The position numbers and the translations under genes were made by a program. From IMG/VR virus record IMGVR_UViG_2681813316_000021: a stretch of 7,021 nucleotides of DNA; one strand, 5' to 3'. Each line of letters opens with the position of its first letter. Positions within the stretch are counted from its first letter, which is position 1. Of this stretch, positions 6,301 through 7,021 are shown piece by piece. The notes beneath the pieces were generated by a model. It was not told the DNA's origin. It ran no database searches and saw nothing but the letters and a program-made list of their open reading frames with translations. This DNA is from a virus. Taxonomy: Duplodnaviria; Heunggongvirae; Uroviricota; Caudoviricetes.

Positions 6301-6964
6301 ATTAGTGGATAAAAATATTATTCGTATGAATGTTGCGCCACTTAATTTCATACGAGATAACTATTCAGAGCAACTTTCCTATTATATTCATAAGAATATC
6401 AGGGCATACGTTGAATTAATGACGATTGATAACTTTATTTTGGATGAGGCTATATCAATACTTTCTTGGAAAGTTGATGATGATTTGAAAGTTAAGCTAC
6501 TCGAGTTTGTTAAAACTCCGTTGGCTATTTATAGTAAGAATTACTCTCAGGTCGTTAATGACTATATTTTAGAAAATAATTTTAAACCAGATGAACTTCT
6601 AATCTTGACGTCATCTTATAAAACTTGGGGAACCTCTACTCAGTCGCTCATCTTGAGTCGAGCAATACAGGATATATCAGCATTGATAGCAAGTCCTAAT
6701 GATGTTTCTGAACCGTTACTAAAAAACCTGTTTGTCGCAGAGGGACTGAATATGCAGAATAAAATAGCACTGCTAATCGCTTTGTTGCCGGGTAAGGATT
6801 TGAGTAAGACGACTTGCAAAGAGTATCTTGATCTGCTTGGTTTATCGGAGTTCAGTAAAATTTTGGGGCGAGGCAAACCTAAAATTGAAGTTGATTCAAC
6901 TAATCAAAGTTTATTAACAGCATTAAGGAAGGTGCGAATAAGCGGGGAAATTCTTCTCGGCTGA
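3392..6964 (+). CDS. Large membrane-associated P-loop NTPase, KAP-family-like (PifA/YobI-like architecture), 1190 aa; candidate anti-phage defence protein
   Basis: Uninterrupted 3.57-kb ORF. Walker A GQYSAGKSS (aa 42-50, nt 3515-3541). Two hydrophobic helices at about aa 125-145 and 173-192 (nt 3764-3826 and 3908-3967). Walker B-like AIVFEDMD (aa about 241-248, nt about 4112-4135). Charged coiled-coil-like segment at about aa 400-510. Strong AT bias and AAA/AAT/ATT/GAT-rich codon usage, unlike the upstream genes. Confidence 0.8.
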   Translation: MSDDSYKFQKLTPFSDVELGVYKNAIDFVFANNDLKNVAISGQYSAGKSSLIESYKKSHSNIKFVHISLAHFRSIEEAETNEPSKDINETALEGKVLNQLIHQINADDIPQTHFKVKKKIKTNNIVINTIFTVLFIAMILHITLFNKWEKFVSLLSEGNIKTLLTLSTKYDTLLISGFICTILSCIFIYKLIKIQKNRNVLKKINLQGNEIEIFEESNESYFDRYLNEVLYLFENVDADAIVFEDMDRFNSNNIFERLHEVNRLVNIQRDTAGHKKSTLRFIYLLRDDIFISKDRTKFFDYIIPVIPVVDSSNSYDQFITHFDGGGILKLFNERFLQGMSLYIDDMRILKNIYNEFQIYYNKLNTTELDCNKMLAIIAYKNIFPRDFSELQLNQGMVYTIFSEKDNLIIEEIKKIEKDIRDRKKEIEAINDEILNSSQEVDAIYDKELSRYNNHPHYNQAEKADIAKRRAARKESVENKFNGKIEEINELISRSRESLVDSRNKRLKEVITRENIDEIFKLTYTNEIGEERDFNEIKSSEYFDLLKYLIRDGYIDETYTDYMTYFYENSLSRIDKMFLRSITDQKGKEFTYQLKNPKLVVARLREVDFEQEEALNFDLLAYLLQTPAQVNLIKRLFKQLRKDRRVEFIRGYFETERAQPVFINRLNTQWPEFFSYALTESEFSADWVKLYSIGTFYYSANDAIEAINIDDCLTDYISDSAGYLAISEPKVDKLISGFKLLNVSFVSIKFENANKVLFDAVYQHSLYDINFSNLTLMLSKVYTLNSEDDIRHKNYTLVMSQPDSPLASYVNNHIRDYLDMVLSSCDGSIVDDESIVLSVLNNEGISDEQKGQYINALQTFVTSLSEVESESLWSSLLDKDRAVCSEENIVSYFEHVDGLDDSLIEFINRTDVDLNFQNINIDNELKGKLFKSIVICNDLSNDKYEKLICSLNIICKASFSASNIASDKFKILVDKNIIRMNVAPLNFIRDNYSEQLSYYIHKNIRAYVELMTIDNFILDEAISILSWKVDDDLKVKLLEFVKTPLAIYSKNYSQVVNDYILENNFKPDELLILTSSYKTWGTSTQSLILSRAIQDISALIASPNDVSEPLLKNLFVAEGLNMQNKIALLIALLPGKDLSKTTCKEYLDLLGLSEFSKILGRGKPKIEVDSTNQSLLTALRKVRISGEILLG

Positions 6965-7021
6965 CTCAGTCATTTCATTTCTTCATGTTTGAGCCGATTT
7001 TTTCTCCCGTAAATGCCTTGA

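Noticed and set aside
3694-6876. Short ORFs inside the large NTPase gene (minus strand 3694-3954, 4765-4956, 5907-6095, 6136-6351, 6640-6876; plus strand 4071-4430)
   Set aside because: Embedded in the continuous 1190-aa frame. Hydrophobic, low-complexity translations are typical of alternative frames of AT-rich coding sequence.
6950-7021. Rho-independent terminator after the large ORF
   Set aside because: The palindrome TGACTCAGTCA (6962-6972) gives only a 4-5 bp stem with a 1-3 nt loop, and the T-run (7004-7009) is not adjacent. Too weak to call.

Overview
The window reads as the immunity and replication module of a temperate lambdoid (Rac-like) prophage, followed by a compositionally foreign cargo gene. 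Left to right: a minus-strand XRE-family HTH repressor (212-631), a short divergent control region (632-710), then on the plus strand a Cro/YdaS-like HTH protein (711-965), a translationally coupled YdaT/CII-like regulator (962-1387), a replication-initiator-like gene (1459-2529) with an iteron-type origin inside its own reading frame, and a small hypothetical protein (2570-2992). After a ~400 bp non-coding spacer there is a single 1190-aa, strongly AT-rich ORF (3392-6964). It encodes a P-loop NTPase with two predicted transmembrane helices between Walker A and Walker B, the hallmark layout of KAP-family (PifA-like / YobI-like) NTPases, followed by ~900 aa of coiled coil and unassigned sequence. 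I consider this a candidate single-gene anti-phage (abortive-infection-type) system carried as a prophage moron. All calls come from reading the sequence and the ORF track; no database search or computation was run, so family assignments are from memory and composition statements are by-eye estimates.
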